From Promethearchaeota archaeon (lineage in GTDB: Archaea; Asgardarchaeota; Lokiarchaeia; Sigyniarchaeales; SOKP01), in contig JBHLLU010000009.1 of the NCBI GenBank assembly GCA_048938895.1, positions 35,800 to 99,799 of the forward strand: a DNA stretch of 64,000 nucleotides, read 5' to 3'. Positions 38,791-48,119 of the stretch are shown here, piece by piece. Position numbers and translations under genes: made by a program. The notes below the pieces were generated by a model. That model ran no database searches. It was not told the origin of the DNA and worked only from the letters and a program-made list of their open reading frames with translations. Every line of letters starts with the position of its first letter. The stretch's first letter is position 1.

Positions 38791-39447
38791 TCACACATTA
38801 ACTAATTTTTTTTTATAAATTAAATCTTTAGTATTTTTTAATCTTACGAAACTCTCTCGTTGAAGTTCTTCTAGTATATCTTTAATTTTTTTAATTTCTG
38901 AACTTAGTGAGGGAATAATTATATTTTCTAATCCATGAATCCTTCTAGTTATCTTTTTATAGCTTAAAGAATGTTTTAACATTATATCTTCAATTTCAGA
39001 TAAACTAATCATTTTTTTAAAAAGTAGAACTAACATAGGTGTTAAATCGTCTAGAAAATGGCTTGTATTTTCGAATGAATAAGCTGGAAGATTCTCATCT
39101 TTTATAAGTTCATACTCTATATCTGGTACTATGTTTCCGATTCTTTTTATATATTTAATATTAATTGATGGTCTAAATTGGATTTTACTTAAGCTACTGA
39201 TAATTTTAAAATGATTTTTTCCCATTTCTTTATAAGTTTGATGTAATGTAATCATAACTTTAGTTAATAAATTTAAAAACTCTTTGCGTAGCTTTTTATA
39301 ATCATTCCATAAACTTTTAATCTCAAATATTAATTGCTCTTGTTTTAACTCTAAAAAACTTACTCCCTTGACAGCAAAAACTAACCTTTTTTGTAAACTC
39401 AATAAGTTTGTTTTTGTGGGCTTAAATTCTCTAAAACTAATTGTTAT
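38791..39447 (-). CDS. atpD: A/V-type ATP synthase subunit D (probable ATA 39447 or ATT 39441 start)
   Basis: The upstream extension gives FKPTKTNLLSLQKRL...G..LELK, the canonical subunit D N-terminus; also RRIHGLENIIIP and RESFVRLK. Confidence 0.9.
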   Translation of the reverse strand: MTISFREFKPTKTNLLSLQKRLVFAVKGVSFLELKQEQLIFEIKSLWNDYKKLRKEFLNLLTKVMITLHQTYKEMGKNHFKIISSLSKIQFRPSINIKYIKRIGNIVPDIEYELIKDENLPAYSFENTSHFLDDLTPMLVLLFKKMISLSEIEDIMLKHSLSYKKITRRIHGLENIIIPSLSSEIKKIKDILEELQRESFVRLKNTKDLIYKKKLVNV

Positions 39448-39448
39448 T

Positions 39449-40840
39449 TTACACCTGTTCTGTATAATATTTATTTATTAAATTTTGGTGGATTCTGAAT
39501 AATTGATTTTTAGGAATTTCAGACAAAGCTGTCCAGGCAATGTCAAAACTTTCTGAAAAACTTCTATTTTCATCAATTCCTTGATTCAAAAATTTAGTCT
39601 CAAAAACTTGTCCAAATTTTAAATTGGCTTGCTGATTAAATGTTAATCCATCCTCTCCCACAATTGAAATAAGATCTCTAACTTCAAGGGAATTAGAATA
39701 CGAAGCAAGTAATTGGGAACTTATATCGCTATGATCTTCTCTTGTTGTATCTTTACCAATAGAATCCTTCATAAGTCGAGAAATTGATGCTAAAACTTCA
39801 AAAGGAGGGTATATTCCCATTTTATGTAAATTTCTGTTAAGTACCAATTGTCCCTCAGTTATATATCCTGTAGTATCTGGAATCGGATGGGAAATATCAT
39901 CATTTGGCATTGTTAAAATCGGTATCTGGGTTATTGTTCCTTTTTTACCCTTAATTTTACCTGTTCGTTCATATATGGAGGCGAAATCGGTATAGAGATA
40001 TCCAGGATAGCCTTTTCTGCTGGGGATCTCTTCTTTTGCTGAACTTAGCTCTCTTAGAGCTTCTGCATAGTTAGTCATGTCAATTAAAATTACAAGAACA
40101 TGCATATCTTTATCAAAAGCAAAATACTCTGCAGTAGTTAGAGCAACTCTTGGAATAATCAAACGTTCCATTATTGGATCATCCGCAAAATTAATAAAAG
40201 AAATAATATTTTGAATGTTTCCACTTTCTTGAAATCTATTTAAAAAATAAATTGCTTCGTCTTGAATAATCCCAATGCCACAAAAAATAATTAAAAAAGG
40301 TTCTTCAGTTAAGACTTTAGCTTGAGTCACAATTTGAGCGGCTAATGCATTGTGAGGCATCCCTTGCCCACTAAAAATTGGGAGTTTTTGTCCTCTTATT
40401 AGAGTAAAAAGCCCATCTATTACGGATATACCTGTTTGTATGACTTCAGAGGGATAATCTCTGGCAAATGGATTAATAGGAGAACCATTAATATCGCGTT
40501 CTACTTCAGTTATTAGTTCAGAATCTAGAACTTTCTTAGTATTTATATCAATAGGTTTTCCAATTGAATTGAAGGTTCTACCAAACATATCATTCGATAG
40601 TTTAACTTTAAAAGTATCTTCTGTGAAAAGAATTTTAGAATTTTCGGAAGATAATCCTCCTGTATCTTCAAATACTTCTATTACTATGGTTTCTTCATTT
40701 ATTTTAACAACCTGACCACTACGTTCCATTCCATCATTTGTAATAATTTTAACTATCTCCCCATACTGGACATCATGTTCATTACTTAAAAAAATCAGGG
40801 GCCCTACAATCTGTTGTATCTTACCGTAAATTACACTCAT
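39449..40840 (-). CDS. atpB: A/V-type ATP synthase subunit B
   Basis: QTGISVID, RGQKLPIFSG, DMTNYAEALRE, GYPGYLYTD, HPIPDTTGYITEGQ, SISRLM. Confidence 0.96.
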   Translation of the reverse strand: MSVIYGKIQQIVGPLIFLSNEHDVQYGEIVKIITNDGMERSGQVVKINEETIVIEVFEDTGGLSSENSKILFTEDTFKVKLSNDMFGRTFNSIGKPIDINTKKVLDSELITEVERDINGSPINPFARDYPSEVIQTGISVIDGLFTLIRGQKLPIFSGQGMPHNALAAQIVTQAKVLTEEPFLIIFCGIGIIQDEAIYFLNRFQESGNIQNIISFINFADDPIMERLIIPRVALTTAEYFAFDKDMHVLVILIDMTNYAEALRELSSAKEEIPSRKGYPGYLYTDFASIYERTGKIKGKKGTITQIPILTMPNDDISHPIPDTTGYITEGQLVLNRNLHKMGIYPPFEVLASISRLMKDSIGKDTTREDHSDISSQLLASYSNSLEVRDLISIVGEDGLTFNQQANLKFGQVFETKFLNQGIDENRSFSESFDIAWTALSEIPKNQLFRIHQNLINKYYTEQV

Positions 40841-42687
40841 TTCTCTTTTAACACACCATATGATAATTTTAACTTTTCTATTTCATTAACAAGCTTTTTC
40901 TTTAAATTTTCTATTTTGGAAAATTCATCATTAGAGATTGAATAACTAATTCTTAGGATGTCATCAACCACATCAAGATCCTTAATATCTTCAATTAAAT
41001 AACCCGATTTAATTAGTTCTTGCCCTTCTTTATATAATAAAAGAATTAACTTTATTTGCCCAATTAACTTTTTGACGTTGGTGAAATTATCTATATGATC
41101 AAAGGCATTTTGAATTAAATAGCCATTTCTTATCAATCTTGTAATAAAAAGAATTAATTGTTGTTCTTCAGGTAAATTTTCTTCACCAATTAACTGCATT
41201 ATATTTTTCAATTCATTCTCTTGTGAAAGAATATTATTTATTTGATTTCTGCATTCATACCAATCGATGTTGATCTCTGGCCAGAAAATATCCTTTTCAG
41301 CCCACCATTCAACTATATAATCTGGATAATTTGAATATGAATTCAACCAATTTATTGCAGGATAATGTTTAGAATAAGCTAAATTTGCATCCAGAGCCCA
41401 AAAAGCTTGGACAAATCGTTTTGTCGTTGCGGTTACTGGTTCACTAAAATCTCCAGAGGGTGGTGATACGGATCCTATAATCGTTAAAGACCCAAATCTT
41501 TCTTTATTAGAATTATTTTCCCCTAAAAGGTTTACAACTCCAGCTCTTTCATAAAAACTTGAGATTTTTGATGGTAAATATGCGGGATATCCCTCTTCAG
41601 CAGGCATTTCTTCCAACAAACCTGAAATTTCTCGTAAAGATTCTGCCCATCTGGAGGTACTATCTGCTAGTACTGCAACATCATACCCCATATCACGATA
41701 ATATTCCCCAATTGTTACTCCAGAAAAGATACTTGCTTCTCGGGCAGATACAGGCATGTTTGATGTATTTGCAATCAGTATTATGCGATCTAATAATGGT
41801 CTTCCACTTTTTGGATCTGTCAATTCTGAAAATTGCTTTAAAACATCTGCAATTTCATTTCCTCGTTCTCCACATCCAACAAAAATTATTACGTCAGCAT
41901 TACACCATTTAGCTAAAGATTGTTGTATAACAGTTTTTCCAGTTCCGAATCCGCCTGGCACAGCTACAGTTCCTCCTTTTGCTATGGGGAATAATAAATC
42001 TATAACACGCATACCGGTTATTAATGGTTCAACCGGGCTTTCTCGCCTTTTATAGGGTCTACTTTTAGTTATTGGCCATTTTTGGAGCATTGAGAAAGAT
42101 TTTTCACTACCATTGGTATGAACAAAATAAATTTCATCTTCGATCGTATATTCTCCTTCTGGAACCATATGTGTTAATTTTCCAGAGATTCCGATTGGTA
42201 CGAGTATTCTATGTTCAATTAGAATAGTTTCCTGTACAGTTCCAATAATATCTCCACTACTCACGAAATCACCAACTTTTTTTAATGGTTTAAAATACCA
42301 TTTCTTAATTCTAGATAAGGATGGTAGATCATTACCTCTTTGTAAAAACCCTTTATGTGTACTTTTAAAAGTGATGTCCAATGGCCTCTGAATACCATCG
42401 AAAACGTTGCCTAATAATCCAGGACCCAATTCCATTGATAACGGTTCTCTTAAATTAACTACATTTTCCCCGAGTTTCAAATTATCAGTATTCTCGAAAC
42501 ATTGAGCAGTCACATGATTTGAATAGATCTGGATCACTTCCCCCAAGATGTTGTGTTCTGATTCTCTTATTAGGTCATGAATGCGAACTTCTTTCTCAAA
42601 TCCTTTTATTTCAATTAATGAACCATTTATTGATGATATATACCCAGATGTAGGTTCATTATACAATTTGTTGTTTGTTTTAGTCAT
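40837..42687 (-). CDS. atpA: A/V-type ATP synthase subunit A (canonical)
   Basis: GGFGTGKT, GCGERGNE, ANTSNMPVSAREAS, DSTSRWAE, SPPSGDFSEPVT. Confidence 0.96.
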   Translation of the reverse strand: MTKTNNKLYNEPTSGYISSINGSLIEIKGFEKEVRIHDLIRESEHNILGEVIQIYSNHVTAQCFENTDNLKLGENVVNLREPLSMELGPGLLGNVFDGIQRPLDITFKSTHKGFLQRGNDLPSLSRIKKWYFKPLKKVGDFVSSGDIIGTVQETILIEHRILVPIGISGKLTHMVPEGEYTIEDEIYFVHTNGSEKSFSMLQKWPITKSRPYKRRESPVEPLITGMRVIDLLFPIAKGGTVAVPGGFGTGKTVIQQSLAKWCNADVIIFVGCGERGNEIADVLKQFSELTDPKSGRPLLDRIILIANTSNMPVSAREASIFSGVTIGEYYRDMGYDVAVLADSTSRWAESLREISGLLEEMPAEEGYPAYLPSKISSFYERAGVVNLLGENNSNKERFGSLTIIGSVSPPSGDFSEPVTATTKRFVQAFWALDANLAYSKHYPAINWLNSYSNYPDYIVEWWAEKDIFWPEINIDWYECRNQINNILSQENELKNIMQLIGEENLPEEQQLILFITRLIRNGYLIQNAFDHIDNFTNVKKLIGQIKLILLLYKEGQELIKSGYLIEDIKDLDVVDDILRISYSISNDEFSKIENLKKKLVNEIEKLKLSYGVLKEK

Positions 42688-43405
42688 AATTTTTCAAATA
42701 TTCTTTAATAGCCAATTTTTGATTCTGGATAAATTTTTCATAGTTTTGAACTATTTCGTTAATTTCTAAATAAATGTTTGAGAATAATTTTGAAAACTCA
42801 ATTTCAATTAGGGATCTTTTTTTATTTATTAAACTTGTAATCGAGAAATCATAAGAAATATTCATCTTAGTTTGCAAAATTCTAAATCCTCCAATAAACT
42901 CATCTTTGGAAGGATTTAATGTTACTTTATTTTCAAATATTTTTTGAATTTCCTCGAAATTTTGGATAAAATATTCATAATCTCTTGAATTTAAATTAAT
43001 AACAATTTCAGGTGGTTTATCTATTAAATGTTTTATTGAATCAAAGATACCCAATAAGAATTTTACATAATTTGCATAATTATCATGTATCTTCTTTTCG
43101 AGTTCCTTATTTAAATCAGTAATTAGATTTGAAATTAGTAGGTTTTTAACATTTAAAGTCTCCTCCTTTATTTTCAAAAGAGTTGAAGATAAGGCATTAT
43201 TTAGATGTTTATTATAAGTTTCAATGAAATTGGATTTTATTTTTGAGGAACTCTCTTCTATTCTTTCCTTATATCTCTTTCTTAATTCTGCAATTTGAAA
43301 GAGAGCCTGCTGATCTAGCTGTTTAATCTCATCTTTAGCTTTTTCAATAAGATATAATCCTAGCTTTCCAAATCTTTCTTTTGAAGTGCTAATTTCTGAT
43401 ATAAT
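42680..43405 (-). CDS. atpE: A/V-type ATP synthase subunit E (probable ATT 43405 or ATA 43402 start)
   Basis: C-terminal FIGGFRI...YDFSI. The frame stays open 76 codons upstream of TTG 43177 and encodes the N-terminal coiled coil (LIEKAKDEIKQL...). Confidence 0.85.
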   Translation of the reverse strand: MISEISTSKERFGKLGLYLIEKAKDEIKQLDQQALFQIAELRKRYKERIEESSSKIKSNFIETYNKHLNNALSSTLLKIKEETLNVKNLLISNLITDLNKELEKKIHDNYANYVKFLLGIFDSIKHLIDKPPEIVINLNSRDYEYFIQNFEEIQKIFENKVTLNPSKDEFIGGFRILQTKMNISYDFSITSLINKKRSLIEIEFSKLFSNIYLEINEIVQNYEKFIQNQKLAIKEYLKNYD

Positions 43406-43406
43406 T

Positions 43407-43736
43407 TTACATCTCCGAACTTATAATTTGTTCTATTGCTTCAAAAATTTTATTAAAAAATATGTCTCGGTTCTCAATATCGGATTGAAATATGTTTGGT
43501 ATTAAATAAATAAATGGAGTTTTATTGCTCATCTTGAATTCTAAAATAGTATCAATAATTTCTGTTGGCAAATCCAAAAAAATAATTATCATTCCTATTG
43601 AAGGTTCTTTAGTCAATATATCAAAGTTCTTAAGAAAATCCTCTTTATTTTCAATAATTGTACCATCTATTCCTAGAAGTCCAAATAGTAAGACAATATC
43701 TTCCTCACCTAATATATGTATTTTTTGATCAACCAT
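43407..43736 (-). CDS. atpF: A/V-type ATP synthase subunit F
   Basis: KIHILGEEDIVLLFGLLGI...IGMIII...P...IP; operon position. Confidence 0.9.
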   Translation of the reverse strand: MVDQKIHILGEEDIVLLFGLLGIDGTIIENKEDFLKNFDILTKEPSIGMIIIFLDLPTEIIDTILEFKMSNKTPFIYLIPNIFQSDIENRDIFFNKIFEAIEQIISSEM

Positions 43737-44047
43737 TAAAAATCAAATCCAATATCTTTTATTAATAGTTTAAATAAAGCTTTTTTAGAGCTTTGATATT
43801 GATTATCCATTTTATTCTTGAAATCTTCTATTTTTTTTGCAATAAAGGAATTTTCGTCGCTTAATATTTTTAGTTGAGAATTTAAAGCGGATTCAACTAT
43901 TTTATTGTTATTTTCTATTCTGTTTTCCATATACTTTTCTTGTTCAATTCTTAGATCTTCCAATTCAGTTAGATTTAAACTCTTAGCTTTATCAATTAAA
44001 TCTTTATAAATATTCTCGATTTCCTTAACCCATTCAAAAATTTCCAT
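43736..44047 (-). CDS. A/V-type ATP synthase peripheral stalk subunit H/G (probable)
   Basis: 103-aa helical charged protein (VKEIE...LIDKAK) within the operon. Confidence 0.65.
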   Translation of the reverse strand: MEIFEWVKEIENIYKDLIDKAKSLNLTELEDLRIEQEKYMENRIENNNKIVESALNSQLKILSDENSFIAKKIEDFKNKMDNQYQSSKKALFKLLIKDIGFDF

Positions 44048-44066
44048 GTTTTTCTCAATATCCTTT

Positions 44067-45125
44067 TCAATTAATTAACTTCAAATTTTCATATTTCTTG
44101 TTTATAATTTCAATTACTTTAGGAATTATCTCAAATCGAATCTCATTCTCTTTTTTGATTATAAGTTCTAATATTCTGAAAATTGTGATTAAATCAATAT
44201 CGTCCATCTGTATTTTTAATTTTCTAAAATAGTATTTTAAATATATCTTTTCAATTGAGTGGACTAAATGTTCTTGGTCAATGACTACGTTTTTAAAAAA
44301 TCTTTTTATTTCTCTTATGTTTTTGATATAATTTTCTATTAAAGACACTAGTTTGTCAGGATCTTCAATAGTTAATAAATAATCAATTTTTCCCTTATCC
44401 AAAAATAAGTAATAATCTACTATAAACTGGGTTAATAATTCCTTTTCAATTTTATTTTTTAAGCCTCTATAGATAGTATTTATATTGTAGATTTCTGTTT
44501 TGTATTTAACAAAATCAGTTATTATTTTTTGTTCTTTTGTATTCAAATTCTTTAATTGACTTATCATTTTTTCATAATAAAATTTATCTAAAAAAGCTTC
44601 TAAAACAAAAATTTCATTATAATTTTTAAAGTAAGTAAGTCCTTCACTAATAGGGATATTATAACTAGTTTTTTTAAATATTAATTGAAATTCTTCCAAA
44701 GAACTAATTTTTAGCAAATCTTCAATAAATTCTATGTTATCTAAATACTCTTCAACTTGGAAATTTACTTTCTGTCTTTTACTTTTGAGATCCATTCCTA
44801 AGATTGACGCAATTATAATTTGTTTAATATTCATTATTTCGAATTTTTGAAGATAATTTTTTAAAAATACTCTCATGTTTTGTGGTGAATAAAGTATGAT
44901 TTTCCCAACCAGTTTGATATAATTAGAATATAAGGCTAATTCGATGTCTTCGATAGTTTTAGCCTTAACTTTTAAATCAGGATAAAATGGTGTTATTAAA
45001 TCTAAGACTTTATTGATATTTTTAGCATTATAAAAATCCTGTAAAGATGTATCATCCATAATTAGGCTTTTTAAAAAAGCTAATTTAATATATGTATATG
45101 CGTAGGAAGGAACTATTGTACTCAA
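44067..45125 (-). CDS. atpC: A/V-type ATP synthase subunit C
   Basis: YAY..., EIMNIKQII, LEAFLDKFYY, EIYNINTIYRG, KENEIR. Start likely TTG 45125 behind GGTGA, which removes the overlap with K. Confidence 0.88.
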   Translation of the reverse strand: MSTIVPSYAYTYIKLAFLKSLIMDDTSLQDFYNAKNINKVLDLITPFYPDLKVKAKTIEDIELALYSNYIKLVGKIILYSPQNMRVFLKNYLQKFEIMNIKQIIIASILGMDLKSKRQKVNFQVEEYLDNIEFIEDLLKISSLEEFQLIFKKTSYNIPISEGLTYFKNYNEIFVLEAFLDKFYYEKMISQLKNLNTKEQKIITDFVKYKTEIYNINTIYRGLKNKIEKELLTQFIVDYYLFLDKGKIDYLLTIEDPDKLVSLIENYIKNIREIKRFFKNVVIDQEHLVHSIEKIYLKYYFRKLKIQMDDIDLITIFRILELIIKKENEIRFEIIPKVIEIINKKYENLKLIN

Positions 45126-45181
45126 AAAATAATCACCAAATTGTTGAAAATATGAAAAATTTATACATTTAAAGACAGAAT

Positions 45182-45541
45182 TCATGCATATCCAGGAATC
45201 AATGTCCATAAAAGTATAGCAATTATTAGCCCGTATATTGCTAATGCTTCACATAAAGCAACAACTAAAAAGGCTTTAAAAAATGTTTCTTCTCGTTCCG
45301 AAAGTGAAGAGATTGCTGCAACACCAACAGTTTTTAAAGCGATTGCACTCCCTAATACTGCAGCTGCGACTGAGATTGATGCCGCTATCCCTAGTAATCC
45401 TGCAGTTGTTGTGTTATAGTAATCATAAGTACCTTGAGCAGATGCAAATGTTATTAAGCCATCGACTGAAAACAACACGATAAATATCAATACAATTTGG
45501 AATATTCCTAATAATAGATAAAATTTTTTTTTTCCATTCAA
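45182..45541 (-). CDS. atpK: A/V-type ATP synthase subunit K (c), single hairpin with N-terminal leader
   Basis: AAVLGSAIA...GVAAI...LCEALAIYGLIIA; hydrophobic N-terminal extension ending ASAQ. Confidence 0.92.
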   Translation of the reverse strand: MNGKKKFYLLLGIFQIVLIFIVLFSVDGLITFASAQGTYDYYNTTTAGLLGIAASISVAAAVLGSAIALKTVGVAAISSLSEREETFFKAFLVVALCEALAIYGLIIAILLWTLIPGYA

Positions 45542-45864
45542 TTGAACTCATCTTAGCTTGTTTTAAATAATTTAAATTATAAAAATAAAATTACCCGTAT
45601 AAACTTATCTATTAGGAATAGAAAGGACGATTGGTTGTCCTTCAAAAGGTATTTGCAAATTAATTGATGACTTTAAAAGAGATATTATTCTATTGAATTT
45701 TATCATTCTAATTTGCTGAGGTTCTAGTAGTGAGGTTAATCAAGATAATAAATTAATTGTAATCGTCTAAAGTTTTCTAAATTAGGTAAATTTTAATTTA
45801 CAATAATAAAGTATTAATTTTTTTCTTTTTTCTTTCAAAGTATATTAAAATAAGTTTTTCAAAC

Positions 45865-47343
45865 ATGATTTTTCAAGGATTATTTAATATTTTAGAATTG
45901 TACTTGAACAACATTGATTCTTTTTATAATAGAATAGATGACTATTTTAAAGCAAAGATCTTAGATCATTTTGGTAATAGGGTACTAGAGAAAGAAAATT
46001 TAGATATGTTTTATAGCGAATTCTGTTTATTCCTTAAAAATCATTTTATTGAATTAGGCTTTAAACCAACGGAAATTGAGAATAAATTTTCAGATCCATA
46101 CTTGGAATTAAAGGATCAAGAAAAAGATTTTATATCATCGGTTGTAGAACTTTATGAAAAAAAAACAGCTCCTTTAATGTATGAGTTTTTTTTAGAAAAT
46201 ATAATTACTTATCTTGCGGAAGTAGGAACTGCTCCTCTTATGCTAAAATTTAAAGATGAGGGGTTTCTTTCGATTGAATTTATAATAGAATTAAGAAATT
46301 TAAAAAGTCTTATTGAAAGAGTTCCCGAAAAAATGGAAAACCTAAGAAAATATATTAACATTCAAGATAAAGTTATTGATAAATTAATAAAAAGTAAGGA
46401 AGAAATTGAAAGGTTGGAAGATTTAGAAGAACCCCAATATAAACTTCAGCTAATATATTTAATTTATAGAATTATTGATTTCTTCCATCTCCAAAAGTTA
46501 TTCGATTTTTCTCATATAAAATCATATTTAGAAAAGAACATTGACGAATGGTTAATAGATGTTCCATTAGTTTCTTTAAAGAACCCTGATATTTATTTTT
46601 GTGGGATTTATCTAGCAAAATCTTTGAATGTAAAAGTAGATAAAAGTAAAATTACAGATTTTTTGTTATCATTATTGGATGAAGTTCAAGAAAGATATGA
46701 GTCTCCTATTCTCGAAGCTACGGATGGTGCTTACTATTTTTTTAAATCAACGATATTAATGAACTTGTGGTTAAAGAATGAACAAATAAGTAATTTAATT
46801 AGATTGGAACCAAAATTTTTTGAATCAAGTTATCTACAAAATCTTGAAACGTCGCAATTGGTAGTAATTTTAAAAATTTTCAGACAATTAGGTATTGGAG
46901 ATATGGAAAATGAAACTAAAACGATTTTAGAAGAACTTGAAACACGAATCAATCCTCAAGGAATACGGCAGTATCGTGATGGATTTATTACTTCTGAAGC
47001 TATTTATTATGTTCTTTTTATAAATTTTATGCGAAACACTCTCGAAAAGCTAACAGATTATGAATTATTGAATAATATTGTTCAAAGAATTTACAGGAAT
47101 TTAGAACTACTTGATATTTCTGTAGATACAAATTATGATTTGATTAGTGAATTATTTTACTCAATTGAAAGTTTAAAATTATTAAATTGCATAGAAACCA
47201 AAGAAATGATAATTCATCTCGCTAAATATTTGTTCCCTGATGAAATTATCACAAAAATAGTGACTAGTGATGTAATTGCTCGAGGAAGTGCTCGTTTTCG
47301 ACACTTTAAAGTTAATAGAATTACAGGAGAAACAGTATATTAA
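45865..47343 (+). CDS. Hypothetical alpha-helical protein
   Basis: 492-aa ORF with no motif I recognise with confidence. Confidence 0.7.
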   Translation: MIFQGLFNILELYLNNIDSFYNRIDDYFKAKILDHFGNRVLEKENLDMFYSEFCLFLKNHFIELGFKPTEIENKFSDPYLELKDQEKDFISSVVELYEKKTAPLMYEFFLENIITYLAEVGTAPLMLKFKDEGFLSIEFIIELRNLKSLIERVPEKMENLRKYINIQDKVIDKLIKSKEEIERLEDLEEPQYKLQLIYLIYRIIDFFHLQKLFDFSHIKSYLEKNIDEWLIDVPLVSLKNPDIYFCGIYLAKSLNVKVDKSKITDFLLSLLDEVQERYESPILEATDGAYYFFKSTILMNLWLKNEQISNLIRLEPKFFESSYLQNLETSQLVVILKIFRQLGIGDMENETKTILEELETRINPQGIRQYRDGFITSEAIYYVLFINFMRNTLEKLTDYELLNNIVQRIYRNLELLDISVDTNYDLISELFYSIESLKLLNCIETKEMIIHLAKYLFPDEIITKIVTSDVIARGSARFRHFKVNRITGETVY

Positions 47344-47447
47344 TTCCTTTTGTTAAACATTACTCCACTTAAAGAAAGGATGTATTCATTATATACTTTA
47401 AAAAATTAGGATAAAGTAATAAATAAAATCTCTTATTAAGTTTAATT

Positions 47448-48119
47448 ATGTCTTATGTCTACATGAAATCTTTGGAGAAAAAAGCTGAAAGATATGATAA
47501 AGGGATTAAGACCTTAACTTTAGGTAAGTATCCAAAAATTAAACATTATATTGCAAATAATTACCTAAATGATGGAGAGAATCTTTTAGATATTGGAATG
47601 GGCACTGGTACATTTGCCATCCTAGCAGCTAATAAAGGTTTAAATGTTACAGGTATAGATTATTCTGAAAAAATGTTAATTATAGCACAAAAAAAAATTA
47701 AAGAAAAAAAATTATCTGAACAGATCAATATAAAGAAAATGCCAATTATCAATTTAGATAAAGAATTTGAAAGTAATTCGTTTGATAAGATAACTGCTAT
47801 GTTAGTGTTTAGTGAATTATATGAAAAGGAACAAGATTTTACTTTAGATCAAATTTTTCGAATTTTAAAGGATACTGGTGAATTTATTTTAGTAGATGAA
47901 GTAAAACCTAAGGTATTTTGGAAAAAAGTCCTTTATTTCATTATAAGGATTCCTCTTGTTATTCTAACCTTCTTAAGATCTCAATTGACTACGAAAGCTC
48001 TAAAAAATTTTGAAGAAAGTTTAAAAAACCATCGATTTGAAATTGTTGATGAGAAATATTACTTATTAGATACTTTGAAATTATTCAGGATAAAAAAAAG
48101 AGGTGATAAGAAGGATTGA
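47448..48119 (+). CDS. Class I SAM-dependent methyltransferase (corrinoid-protein-associated, CpaM-like)
   Basis: LLDIGMGTG, GIDYSEKML, FDKI; its stop overlaps the start of the HgcAB-like gene. Confidence 0.85.
   Translation: MSYVYMKSLEKKAERYDKGIKTLTLGKYPKIKHYIANNYLNDGENLLDIGMGTGTFAILAANKGLNVTGIDYSEKMLIIAQKKIKEKKLSEQINIKKMPIINLDKEFESNSFDKITAMLVFSELYEKEQDFTLDQIFRILKDTGEFILVDEVKPKVFWKKVLYFIIRIPLVILTFLRSQLTTKALKNFEESLKNHRFEIVDEKYYLLDTLKLFRIKKRGDKKD

Noticed and set aside
27703-42687. Inteins in RadA or ATP synthase A
   Set aside because: Both are known intein hosts, but the proteins are normal length and continuous through the P-loops.
42680-43405. atpE (and likewise atpD and the USP at 23134) as 5'-truncated pseudogenes
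   Set aside because: The upstream frames are open and encode the expected N-termini, so non-canonical starts explain them better.
45126-45209. Overlap between atpK and atpC
   Set aside because: Artefact of longest-ORF calling; TTG 45125 with GGTGA upstream is the more plausible atpC start.
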